A stretch of 63,909 nucleotides of DNA, the filler included, from Thelocarpon superellum (taxonomy: Eukaryota): NCBI GenBank assembly GCA_026025795.1. It is 4 parts of 4 records of this genome, joined end to end, with 100 filler letters (N's around TTAATTAATTAA, not from the genome) between each part and the next. Parts side by side here need not be neighbours in the genome. Positions count along the whole stretch, not along the records: positions 32,409 to 48,405 come from JAPEUG010000398.1; 3 more parts are not named here. One strand, given 5' to 3'. Each line of letters starts with the position of its first letter. Positions within the stretch are counted from its first letter, which is position 1. The notes under the pieces are model-generated. The model was given only the letters and a program-made list of their open reading frames with translations. It was not told the DNA's origin and ran no database searches. The translations under genes were made by a program, and so were the position numbers. This document shows, piece after piece, positions 36,390 through 48,505 of the stretch.

Positions 36390-37585
36390 ATGTCCGTCAA
36401 GCCCGCCCGACAATCGCTCGGGTCGGTCCTGGTGGTGGGCGGATGTGGCTTTCTCGGCCATCACGTCGTCAAGCAGCTGGTGCAATACCACCAAACGACC
36501 GCCATCGCCGTATTAGACCTCCGCACGGTGCGAAATCGAATGCCCGAGTCGGACGGCGTACGGTATTTCGACGGCGACATCACGTCAATCCCATCCATCA
36601 CCCCGGCCTTCACCGCCACCAAACCCGATGTGGTCATCCACACGGCCAGCCCCGTGCTCATGGAGAAGGATCGCGAGTTGATGCAGCGAGTCAACGTGGA
36701 CGGGACCAAGAACCTAGTGGCGGTGGCGGGCAAGTTCGGCGTCAAGGCATTCGTCTACACCAGCAGTGCATCGGTCATCTCGGACAACACCTCGGACCTC
36801 CTCCATGCCGACGAGCGATGGCCGCTGGTGGCGCGGAAGTTCCAGGACGAGAACGACTTTTACACTCTCACCAAGGTTGATCCCCCCCTTCCCCCCTTCT
36901 TTCCCTCCCGAATCCCGTTCTGATCGGATCTATCCATCTTCCCCAGGCCGACGCCGAGCAACACGTCCTCACCGCCAACCGAGCCCACAACAAGATGCTC
37001 ACCGTCGCGCTCCGCCCCGCGGGGATCATCGGCGAAGGCGACGTGCAGAACATGGTGAACGTAGTCGGCGCGTACAAGAAGGGCCTCACGAATTTCCAGC
37101 TCGGCGACAACGACAACCTCTGGGACTTTACGTACGTGGCCAACGCCGCGCACGCATGTGTCCTCGCCTCCGTCGCGCTCCTCAAGACCTCCACCGCCTG
37201 GCCCTCCGTCCCGCTCGACCATGAGCGCGTCGACGGCGAAGCCTTCTTCATCACCAACGACGCGCCCGTCTACTTCTGGGACTATGCGCGCGCGGTCTGG
37301 GCGCTGGCGGGCGACAAGACGGGGCTGAACGTGTGGGTAATATCGAAGGATTTCGGCCTCTTCGTCGGCGGGCTCCTCGAGGCCATCCTGGGCGCCGTCG
37401 GCCGTACCCCGAACCTCACGCGCAAACAGGTCCGGTTTAGTTCGTTTGCGAGATATTATAATATCGACAAGGCCAAGAGTAGATTGGGCTATGCGCCCAT
37501 TGTTGGCCTCGAGGAGGGCATCAAACGAGGCTATGATTGGTTGGTGGAGCAAGAAAGGGGAAAGGCGGAGGAGAAGACGTTATGA
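36390..37585 (+). CDS. ERG26: C-3 sterol dehydrogenase (sterol-4-alpha-carboxylate 3-dehydrogenase); exons 36390-36875, 36947-37585
   Basis: VLVVGGCGFLGHH, VIHTASP, FVYTSSASV, catalytic YTLTK, RPAGIIGEGD, GDNDNLWDFTYVAN, GEAFFITND. Confidence 0.92.
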
Positions 37586-37824
37586 GTGCTGTTCTCTGTT
37601 GTCTTCCTCTCTTCTCCCTCTCTTCCTCTCCTTCTTTCTCCTCTCTATCTACCAAATACCCACCTACCCAGGTGCTCTTGTGCACATCCATGTACATTAC
37701 ATCATGAACCACTGTCATCATCATCATCATCATCACAATGTATAATCAACGCCATCCACTTGATCAATTCCCGACCCCGAACCCGAGCCAAGTGAAAAGC
37801 AGGGAGTGGACAGTTAGAATGGGA

Positions 37825-40423
37825 TCAGGTATTGCCAACGCCAACACCCACACTGACACCAGTAAGAGGAGGGAAAAGCTCATTACCCTGCATCAGTTCG
37901 TCCCAGTAGGACCAATCCATAGGGCTGAAGCCGAAATCCATCGCTGCCTGGTCTTCTCCCTGCTCTACTCCAGTGCCAGGTCCGGGCGGGAAAGTAGACG
38001 GGGGAGGATGAGGAGGTGCAGCGGAGAACATGGTCGTGTCCTGCATTGCGGCTTCCCTGCTCCCCATACCCATGCCCATGCTCATGTTCGCGTTCGCGTC
38101 CGTGTCCATCCCGTGGGGCGGATTGCTAGCGAGGGCGTTTGGATTGCTGGATTGCGCCATGCCGGTGAGAGCGGGGACGGAGCCAGTGGGGCCGGGGCCG
38201 GGGCCGGGGCCGGGGCCGGGGCCACTCGACCCAGTCTTCTGTGCGCCAGCCGTCATTTCATCAGTCGATGGCACCGCGCTACGCGAGCTGCGCGGACTCC
38301 GTGGGGCTCGACTACGCTGGGCGCGCAACGTCGCGACAAAGGGTGGCGCGAGGACCGGGTCCGGCGGATCACGACCCCTTGCACCTTGAGTCAGCGCCGC
38401 CTCGCGCGCCTCCCACGCCTTGAGCGTCAAAGAGCCAATGGCGACGTAGAGGGTGTTGTCGGTATCGGTGATGATTCCCGGGTGGTTCTGGAAGACGAGG
38501 CCGACTTGTTGCCAGGCGCGGTCCGCCATTTCGCCCGTCGTGCGGTGCCGTAGCTCGCCGAGGAGATAGACCAGCGCGTCCAGCTGGAAGTGCATCTGAA
38601 TGTGCCATAGAAACGGCTTGATGCCTGGGTGATGTCGGCCAGTGTTGTCGATTTCGATCGTCTCGAGGCTGGTGAGGAAGATTTTGGTCTTTTCCTCTTC
38701 CGGAAGATGTGCTCCCTTGTCGGCGTATTGCCGCGGGTGGTGCGACAGGAGCTGGATCTTCGAGATCACGGCGCGCGAAAAAATGGTGCAGAGCGCGTGG
38801 AGCGGGATGGACGGGTCGCAGTATCGGAGAATCTTCTCGTTCAGCGTCCGCTCCAGCTCCGCCGTGAGCCGGTCTTTCTCCGCGATGCTGAGCATTCCAC
38901 TGCTCAACCCTTGCCACGCGCCGTCAAAGGCGCTGGTCGAGGGGAGTTGACGCAGGAATACGCCAATCTCAAATCGGATGCGACAAAAGATCATCTCCGT
39001 GACTCCGTCGTGTTCTCGCGGTGGCTCCTTCATGTCGGGGTATAAGTCGCTGTCGTTGACGTTCGCCGGCCCCTTGGTGTCCGACGCGAATGCGGTCATC
39101 AGCACTCCTGTTCCGGCGAGTTTGGCCGTCGTCGCGTCCAGAGTCGCCACTTGCCACCAGATTCGTCGCCGCATCTCCACCTCGAACACGGAGAGTCCGA
39201 GCGCAGCACCGTCGCGATGGAGCCCGATGCGTTGACTGATTCGAAGCGCCACGCCAGTCAAGATCCAGAAGGAGCTTGCATCGCTGCCCTCGCGGATAGA
39301 AAGCTACACAGATGAGCTTGGCGCAGGGCGCAGGCGGAAGTGTCTCCACTCACCAAATAGAGGCAAAAGGCTTGGAGGACGATCAGGTCCGTGCTTTTCA
39401 GCACGTTGGCGCGAATCAACGCTTCTTCCGTCCCCTGCCGATAGCGTTGCGCAACGGAAGATTTGCTCTCCCCGGTCAGGCTCTCACACTCCTCCTCGGT
39501 GAGCGATGTGATGGCGCATGAGTAGATGGCAAACAACAACGCCTCGTTGTTTCTGGGCAAATGTTGAAGGTCCCCACAGCTGTCCAGCACGAGCTGCTGC
39601 ACGCTCGGCGCATGGAAGATCTTGACCAAGGGATTGACCCTTTCGAGGTACGTCTGCCAGAGACGGAAGATTTGGACCGGCGGAGGGTGGAGGAGGGTCA
39701 GATTGAGCTGGTGCGATGGAGCACCAAAGAACAATCGACCGTCCACGAGCGATCCCTGCCTCGAAGGAATGGAAGAACAAGGCTCAGACTTGGCATCTTC
39801 CGAGGAGTCTCGCACGATTCTGGTCTCTCGGAACTACAGACCAGGTCAGTGAGGAGACCACCGATCCTGTCAGACGCGAGCACGACCAACCTCGTCGCTC
39901 AAGCCCGCCCACAAGATGCTAGATCGGCGTCAGTCTCCTGATCACAGATCATTACGGGGAGAACTCACTTGTCCAGATACCTCGTGCCTCCCTGGTCCGC
40001 AATCAATTTACCCGCGTCGGATGATGGGCAACGACCATGATGGGATTGCTCGCCGACCACGGCGGGATCCTTCCGTGATGCACGGCCATCTCGAGTATGC
40101 TCTGCACTGCCTGGGACAAGGTCCTCGCCCTCGTCCTCGGGTTCATCGAGCCTGGCGCCGTAGTTCTTCAACAGCCTCTCATATCGCTTCAACCTCGCAT
40201 GCAAGACGGCTTCCGTCGTCTCTCGCTTTCGTCGTCGCGGTGCCGGCGGAATGACAAAAGTACACTCAACGTTGGATTTCCGACAAGCCGAGCAAGGAGA
40301 GGTTCGATCACATTTCACCTTGCGTTGCTGACAGATAACGCACGCATATCCCTTCAGTTTCCGCGAGGATGATGGAGGCGTCATCGTATCTGAGGCACCG
40401 TCGGTGGTCGGGGGGGACTCCAT
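37825..40423 (-). CDS. Zn(II)2Cys6 transcription factor with fungal-specific TF (MHR) domain; exons 40423-39969, 39918-39891, 39833-39354, 39303-37825
   Basis: CVICQQRKVKCDRTSPCSACRKSNVEC, LWQTYLERVNPLVKIFH, IGLHRDG...EMRRRIWW, PANVNDSDL. Three phase-consistent GT-AG introns. Confidence 0.93.
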
Positions 40424-41093
40424 GACGATACCGATCCTTCCCTTCTTACATGGGGAGCGTGGCTGATTAGATCAGTCGGGGATAGAAGGGTGAGGGGAGC
40501 CTCCGAAGCATGCCCGGGGGACTTCGGAATCTCGGGTCCGAAGCCGTACGTCAAGATGACCAGGGTGGGGTCAGTGCTATTGGACGTTGCCGTGGCGTAG
40601 GCGAAGTCCCCCCGTGCCAGCGCGACCGCCTCCACCAGGCGACCCTAATTTTACGAATACGAGTACTTCCCGCCTCCCCACTACTGGCCCGGAGTATTCC
40701 CGTACTTCGTACTCCGAGGGCCAGTATTCCGAGCCTCCGACGCCTTGCCCGCTGGCGCCACGATCTAGCTAGATCGAGCTGCAACTTTCGCCGTGGCATA
40801 TGGCAGAGAGCTCGGGCTACCTCGAGCATCGTGCAGATCTTTTTCAAGGTATTCATCGGGGCACGCGCTCGGGCCCGAACCTCGTGAGATAGCGTGGTTT
40901 TGACTCGTCACCACTTGTCCTCCGCTGGGTCAGGCCGGCGGTATAAAGATGGCATGCTTCGTGGATCTTGTGGAGGGGGAGAGTATTCGAGCCAAGGAGT
41001 CTTCACCGTGGTCTTCCCAAATGGTCATACATCCATGCATCTTTGCCTACAGGATAACCATCTTCCGTCCTCTCGTCTATAGTCTATCCAACC

Positions 41094-42899
41094 ATGTCGA
41101 GATCAAACATGTCGGAACACAGCGTCCCTGACCCGGAAAAGGCGTCGGAGAGCCTCACAGAGCCAGAGTTAGAGCCAAAGGAGCCGGAGTCTGCGCCTGG
41201 GCCTGGGCCCAGTCCCCCTCAAGCCGAAGATGAGATTAAATATCCACCAGGGAAAGTGGTTGCTGTTGTGATGATCGCTGTCTATCTTGCCGTGTTCCTC
41301 ATTGCTCTTGTATGTCTGTCCAAGTCCAAGTCAGAGCCCCTACCGCTTCACCTTCTGACCTTGGCAGGACCGCATCATCATCACCACAGCCATTCCGCGA
41401 ATCACCGACGATTTCCATTCTCTAGGCGACGTCGGATGGTACGGTAGCGCCTACCTCCTGACCGGCTGTTCCTTCCAGCTCTTCTTCGGCCGCGTCTATA
41501 CCTTCTACTCACCCAAACTGGTCTTCCTGGCCACCATCGCCGTCTTCGAAATTGGATCGGCCCTCTGTGGCGCGGCGCCCAACTCGACCGCCTTCATCGT
41601 GGGGCGTGCCATTGCGGGCATGGGCACGGCGGGTATCTTCTCGGGCACCATGATCATCGTCGCTGGCATTCTGCCCCTGCACAAGAGACCGCTGCACATC
41701 AGCCTCGTTGGGTCCATCTTTGCCGTTGCCTCCGTGGCCGGGCCTCTCATGGGAGGCGCATTCACCCAAAATGTGACGTGGAGGTACTTGCCCCAACGTC
41801 CTTCGCGCGCTCTTTCTCTCCTCCCAGCAGCCAATCTGACAAGAGTAGATGGTGTTTCTATATCAACCTTCCTATCGGCGCTGCCACAATGGTCATCATC
41901 TGGCTGATCCTGGAGTTGCCGGCGGCCAAGAGGGACAAGACGTCCCTCGGCCAGAAAATCGCACGACTCGACCCGCTCGGAACGCTCTGTTTCCTGCCAG
42001 GGATCGTGTGTCTCTTGCTGGCGCTCCAGTGGGGCGGCACGACGTATGCGTGGTCGTCGTGGCGCATCGTCTTACTCCTTGTCCTCTTCGTCGTGCTGAT
42101 CTGCCTCTTTGTCGGCATTCAAGTCTGGAAGAAAGAGAGCGCCACCGTCCCGCCACGCATCATCGCCAAACGCAGCGTCTTCGCCGGTGTCATCTACTCC
42201 ACCTGTACCGGCGGGGCCCTGATAACCATCGTCTACTTTGTGCCCATCTGGTTTCAAGCGGTCAAAGGCGTCGGCGCCGTGGAATCCGGCATCCACATCC
42301 TGCCGATGATGGCGGGGCTGGTGCCAGCCAGCATCTTGGCCGGCGCTCTCATCACGCGCACGGGACAGTATGCACCGTTCATGCTGGCCTGCACGGTGCT
42401 GATCTCGATCGGAGCGGGTCTCATCTCCACCTTTGCCGTCGACACGCCCGAGGCCAAGTGGATCGGATACCAGTTTGTCTTCGGCTTCGGACTTGGCCTT
42501 GGCATGCAGCAGGCCAGCACGGCGGCGCAGGCGGTGCTGTCTAGGGCGGATATTCCGACCGGTGTATCGCTCATGTTTTTTGGGCAGACGCTGGGCGGAT
42601 CGGTGTTTCTGTCTGTCGCGCAAAATATCTTCCTCAATCGTTTGACGAGCGGTCTGGCCCCGCTCGCCAAGACCCTGAGTCCCGCCCTCGTCGTCTCAAC
42701 GGGCGCCACGGATTTGCGCACCATCGTCGACCCTGCCGACCTGCCACAGGTTCTGCAGGCGTATAACGCGGCGCTGGTCAGTGCGTTCCATGTGGCGGTC
42801 GCCGTCACGTCGGCTTCGATCATCGGATCGAGCTTGGTGGAGTGGAAGAACATCAAGAAGGTCAGAGCTCAGAAGGCTGGACCTCCCGCTGCGAAATAG
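41094..42899 (+). CDS. MFS drug:H+ antiporter, 14-TMS DHA2 family (toxin-efflux type); exons 41094-41309, 41368-41783, 41849-42899
   Basis: [85 protein letters not shown]. Confidence 0.94.
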
Positions 42900-43061
42900 G
42901 ACGGCGGTATCGTTGGGATATTGACGGCACTTTTATTGGCTGGTTGAGTGATTGATGATAGGCTTCGTCCATTCCTCTCCTCCCTCTCCGCTCCGCTAGA
43001 ATATATATGGAAAACTTCAAGAATGAAAAGGTGAAGAAGGGCTATCCAAGATGACCGCCCC

Positions 43062-44810
43062 TCATGAGAACACATTGTAGCTCTCTAATTTGGTGGCAAA
43101 CACACTGCTGAGGGCGTCGCGGAGTTCAAACTCCTCCACGACGGCGCCGAATCTAAGTCAATTCACTTCTTAGCAGGTTGGGGCACAGAAGCGGGACTGG
43201 CTAGCACGAGACAGAAACTCACCCGTGACACCGGACCTTGGCCTTTAGCTCCGCTTTGACAGTGGCAAAGTCCCGGGCAGTAAGCTCGTGCAGTCGCTCG
43301 TGCGTCAAGATCGCGCTCCATGCCATCACGGGCGTGATCTCCCCGTCGAGCTGCAGACGCCGACTTAGATTCATCAGCGTCTTCAGTTCCGGACGGCGCA
43401 GGTCCACCGCGTCGTAATCGTACGGTATCGAGGAATTTTCCAGCAGGAAGCTATGCGGTGGTGCATTGGCCAAGAGGGCGTGTCCCGAGATGTCGCCCTC
43501 GGACTCTTGCGCTTGTACCATCAGCGTCTGCATGTGCTCCATGCACGGTCGTTCTAGACTGTTGCACCCGACCCGTCAGTGGCTTGTCCTCGAAGAGCAA
43601 GGGGCACTTTCGGACGAAGAGGGGAAGGTAAGGCACGCGATCATACGTCAAGACAAAATCAATCCCGATCTGATCCAAGTCCAAATCCCCTTGGCTCGGG
43701 CCTGTTGAAGGCTGGCCATAGGGAGCGGCCACAACGTTGGTACTTGTCGCGGCTCCTCCTCCCCCTCCCCCTGTAGCACTCTGTGGGCTGACAGCTTGCG
43801 AGGTGCCTAAACTAAAAGACATACTGGTACTCAAACTGTCGCCATGACTTCCACCGACGTTGTACCCGTAGTCCGCGGTCGATGCGCCATAGGGAATGCC
43901 GTGTTGCCGCAGGAGCTCTTTCAGTCGACGATTTTCTTGCAGGGCGTTGGTTTTCTCGTGCGTCGTCACTGTCAGCGTCTCCTTGAGCTGAAGCACCTCC
44001 TGTTCGAGCGATTTGATGTAGTTTTCTTTTCGTTCGCGGTGCGTTCTGTCACTAGTCAGACGATCCTGCTAGTGTGCATTCTCCTTCCCTCACCTCTGTG
44101 CCTGTCGATTCAGCTCTTGTCGTCGCGTCAGGGCCGGCTTGCTGTCCGGCTTGGGACCTCTTCGCTTTGGGGTTTGCCCGTCTGTCATGCTGGGTGGTAA
44201 GTGTGGGTCGGAGAGCTTGCCATACGTCGACCATGCCTCATACCTCGCGTTGTTGATTTTCCCGTCAGCGTCTTGAAGAAAGACAGGTTCATGTGCAGTG
44301 GACTGCGCCCACTACTTGATTCGCCGCCTACGTCATGGGACTGTGCGAGGCGCTCCACCGCCGAACGGTATTCTGCCATGAGGCCCTCGGCTCCGGACCC
44401 ATCGACATCCCCGGAAAAGGGTGATGGACAATGTGATGCCGGAGGGAGGCTCTCGACGTACCGTTCGACGATCGAGCATGACGCACTTTGGGTCAGCAAG
44501 GGATTCGTTGGGGAGCCATGAGCATCGAGGTGATGGAATGGATCCATGAGCGATGGGAACGGGAGACGGGCAGTGTTGAGCCACGCACAGGACGGGTGAA
44601 AGGTAGAAAGCAAGTGAACATCGAGCAGGGGTAGATAACTTTGCCATGCAGAGAGGAGACTGAGGAAAGGATACATGGTCCGCCGGATTGGGGCATCACC
44701 AAGAGCTCTAGTGGCAAAGGTAGGACACACTCACCGGAGTGGCTGGCGTTGGAGTAGCTGCCGTCACCGGCGCTCCCAAAGCCCGAATCGTATGTCGATC
44801 TGGTGGCCAT
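43062..44810 (-). CDS. bZIP transcription factor; common exons 44181-44094, 44045-43647, 43558-43223, 43152-43062; first exon 44810-44735 or 44547-44244
   Basis: Basic region KRRGPKPDSKPALTRRQELNRQAQRTHRERKENYIKSLEQEVLQL, and a C-terminal GEITPVMAW...KVRCHGFGAVVEEFELRDAL block seen in fungal bZIPs. Confidence 0.88.
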
Positions 44811-45134
44811 GCGGTGGTCATGCAGGAGGGTCCGCACGACGGGCCCTCGACCGCCGTGCCCGGTTCGTGGGGAGATTTCGTTGCGTGCTCGCTACCTAGG
44901 AGCTTGACCGGCGGAAGATCCTGACAAAACGCATGTGCAGTGGTCTGGCAGCACAAACGGGGTGCGAGACAAGGTCATCGGTGTGGGCCATGCGGAACCG
45001 AAGGTCTTGGAACCGGGCCTACAAATAGCCCGAGGCTCGACCTCTGGGCGACGATGGCGGGGTCCTTGGACGGATCAGGCTCAGACTATTTGGAGTCACG
45101 GACGCGGCAGATGATAGAGAACACGGCGTTGACG

Positions 45135-45176
45135 CTACGGCGTGGAACATGGGGCCTACGGCGTGAAACATGGGGC
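45135..45176. repeat. Tandem 21-bp duplication (CTACGGCGTGRAACATGGGGC x2) upstream of the bZIP gene
   Basis: Two adjacent copies with one mismatch. Confidence 0.85.
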
Positions 45177-45717
45177 TGACGGGGGAAGTTGGGAAGTATT
45201 TGTCAATGGGAGAGGGTTTGTATTTCGGCGCTGCATGGTCTGGTCGTGGTGCTACACTCCGCCTGCGACCAACCCCGCCGCACGCAGTCCGTTACGCTGC
45301 TCGGAGCGCAGCGGCATTAAAGCTGGCCGGGAGAGGGGGAATTGTGGGACTACGAGTACTTGTAGGGAGCGAGGAGACCTGCTCAGTCAGCATACCCTCA
45401 CCCGAGCCTGATTGGTGGTAGTTGACCGACGACTGACGGGACATCTACGGTAGCCCAAGGATTTCACATCTCCCGCTCCCTGGCCGGACCAATGTCAAAT
45501 CATGGCAATCAGGATCCCATCGCTACCTCGATGAGACGCATGATCTAGTAGCTACCGGGCTGGAGAAGGGTCCGGCCCCCTTTCGGCAGATCGTCAGGGC
45601 ACACTCCATCCGATATGTCCACGTATCATGTGACTCGGAGATGATTCCAAATCATCAGGCGATCCTCGTGCCAGTCGTCGTATGCTCGTGTCATGGATCC
45701 CCGACGCCGCGTCCGCG

Positions 45718-47586
45718 CTACTCTTCATCCTCCTCCGCCTCACCCTCGACCTTCTCTTCCTCGCCGTCTTCCTCAAACGTATCGACCGGCACGTCGTAGA
45801 GCCGGAGCACGGGCTTGTTGGGGTCCTTGACCAGCACGTATTTACCTTCGGGCATTTTCAGGCACATGTCCACGATCGTGCGGACGATGCCCCAGCCATT
45901 GGACAGGCTGAGGTTCATCTGGTTGGCGAACTCGCGTGGCTTATAGCCCACCACGCCGAGGACGACATGTCGGTCGTTGGATTTGGGGTTCGCCCGCGAC
46001 ACGAAACTAACATCGTCGTCAGCGTCCGATGGCCCACAGCAGCAGCGGACGGCCTTCGACTTACCCGAGTTTCATCACGTCCGCCTTGGCGAGGATGCTC
46101 TGCATCGTCCACCGCGCCAGTTTGCAGCTGTTGTTCTTCATCTCCGTCGCCACCACCGCACCACGCTGGCTCACGAGCTTGGTCCGCCAGTCCAGCGCGC
46201 CGCCGCTCCCCTGCGCCTTGTGGTCGAACTCGTTGAGCGCCTTGACGGTCAGGAACTGATCGTCACCGCTGATGGCGTTCTTCATGACGGCGTCAATCTC
46301 CGTGCGCACGACCAGGTGCACGGGCTCCTCGTCGTTGAGCGAGAGGTCGAAACGGCGGTACTTGTAGGCCTTGGACGCCAACGGCTCCGTCTCCTCGGAC
46401 GGGTTGTAGAAGGGGTTCTCATGGGGCATGCTGAACTTGGCCGTGTCCGACTCGAGCACGGTTTGGTTGGCGAAATTGTGATTGATAAAGGTCGCCTCCA
46501 GCGCCAGCGCGCCGGGACTGTTGATGGAGTCCTTGTTTCCCTCCGACAGTTCCAGCGGTGCGTCCGCGGCATTCTCGTTCACCGTGACCATGTCCAGACT
46601 GGAGCCGTCGCGCTTGTCGAGGAAGACCTTGTTGCCCTGTCGCAGGATGATGATGTCCCAGGAATAGACGGCGCGCGGCGCACACATGAGCATCGACAGG
46701 ATGCTATCCGTGGCAAAGATGGTCCCCTCGTCGCGCTCCGCCAGCTCCTGGATGATGGGGTCGGACGAGGTGGTGACGTTGTACGCGGCGCGATCGACGA
46801 CATTGAGCTTGCGCTCCGCGCTCTTGACCGGCTGCTTATCGTAGGAGCGGTCGTAGTAGTAGACGAAGCCGTAGCTGTCGATATCCTGCCCCTCGTCCGT
46901 CTCCAGATTCAGCTTGGCCAGGCGATTGTAATCAATCTCCTCCAGCATCTTCCAGTCGGGCTTGATGTTGACCGATGAGTCGCGATTCCGCTGCGGCTTG
47001 TCGTAGTCCTTCCATCCGAACCGCCGACCGCCACGCCCACCTCGGCCACCGCGATTGTCGTAGTAGCGATCGTTGCCTTGCTGGCCGCCGCGGCCTTGAC
47101 CCACGCGCTGGAAGGTGCCCCGGCCGCCGCGGGCGTTGGCCGCACCACGCTGACCCCGCCCACGGAAGACGGTGCCGCCGCCTCGACCGAAGCCCCGCGT
47201 CTTGGCCGACGCCCGCTCGTTGCTCACGACGGAAAAGGAAGACTCGTCTTCGGCCAGCTGCACGGCGAAGAGACTGGACGTGCCGGCGCCGTAGACTTGC
47301 TGGTCTAGCAGGGCGGAGGTCAGCATCTGGACGGCCCCATCGCGCCTCCCTCCGACCTTCATCCGACGCACGTACCTCGGTAGTTGCGATTATACGCCTG
47401 TCGTCCGCCTCGCTCCCGCCCATCCTTTCCTTCTGAGGTCCAGTCCGCCATGCGGCCGAGTTTGTCGCCCTTGGAGTAGGGCGCATAGGGCACGCCATCG
47501 AGCGTCGATTCGGTCGTGGTCGCCGGCCCCCAGGATTCATCCGAGGGCAGTGCCGCCACGACGTCCGTCAACGAGATGGGCGCCAT
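45718..47586 (-). CDS. EIF3D: Eukaryotic translation initiation factor 3 subunit D; exons 47586-47376, 47304-46065, 46006-45718
   Basis: [82 protein letters not shown]. Confidence 0.96.
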
Positions 47587-47827
47587 GATGCGGTACTGAA
47601 TCTCCGTGCAGACGGTCACAGATGGGCCTCGGCCTGTTCGCACCTCGCTCTCTGAATGTCTGGATATCGGTGATTTTGCGAAAAGTTCGTGATTCCTCCA
47701 GCGAGATGGTGGGGCGGCAATTCGCTAAATTGACGGGACGCGATTGGCGGAACTTTCCTCCGGACGAGTGCAGGGCGAGTGTGAGCGTACGAGTGCGGTA
47801 ACTATCGCATACGCGAAGTAGTGTGCG

Positions 47828-47904
47828 GGAGTGCTGGAGTGCTGGAGTGCTGGAGTGCTGGAGTGCTGTAGTGCGGGGGTGCTGGAGTGCTGGAGTGCGG
47901 GAGT
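47828..47904. repeat. (GGAGTGCT)n octamer tandem array, about 9.5 copies, upstream of eIF3d
   Basis: Five perfect units followed by variant units. Confidence 0.92.
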
Positions 47905-48405
47905 AGAGGGTAGACGTCCCCATGTTCCCATCTCCTCTCCACGTCAGCTACATGCTTCAACTCCTATTTATATTCTTCCAACTGTAGAAACTATCGAAGG
48001 AGTATAGAAGATGCCGCAGTAATTCCCTCGACACCTTTACCAGCGACTCAATAGCTCAGCATTCAGCAATTACCAAAGTTTCGAACCAGTGAATCGACAA
48101 TCCGACACTCCGACAATCCGGGATCAGCAAATCGACGAATCAGCAACTCCGCGAGGCAACAAGTCGGCCAGTCAACGATCCAACAAATCCACCATTCACC
48201 AGTATCAACACTTCACCAAATCAATCAGCAAAGGGAATGACCCGGCCGCCTTCAAGTACGCAGGTTCGAATCCCTCGAGGGAGGCTGAATTAATAGGGGC
48301 ATCAACCCACACAGGGCCCTGAGACCTTCTGCACGAATGTAAACCTTCCCCCGAAAGGGCGAGGGGTTTCGATAGGAAAGAGGATTGAAGGCACACCTTC
48401 CCTCT

Positions 48406-48505
48406 NNNNNNNNNNNNNNNNNNNNNNNNNNNNNNNNNNNNNNNNNNNNTTAATTAATTAANNNNNNNNNNNNNNNNNNNNNNNNNNNNNNNNNNNNNNN
48501 NNNNN
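48406..48505. other. Artificial contig linker (44 N + TTAATTAATTAA + 44 N)
   Basis: Same structure as the other two linkers. Confidence 0.97.

Noticed and set aside
48232..48285. tRNA gene around GGTTCGAATCC
   Set aside because: The T-stem does not pair properly and no acceptor, D or anticodon arms can be built; kept only as a B-box observation.
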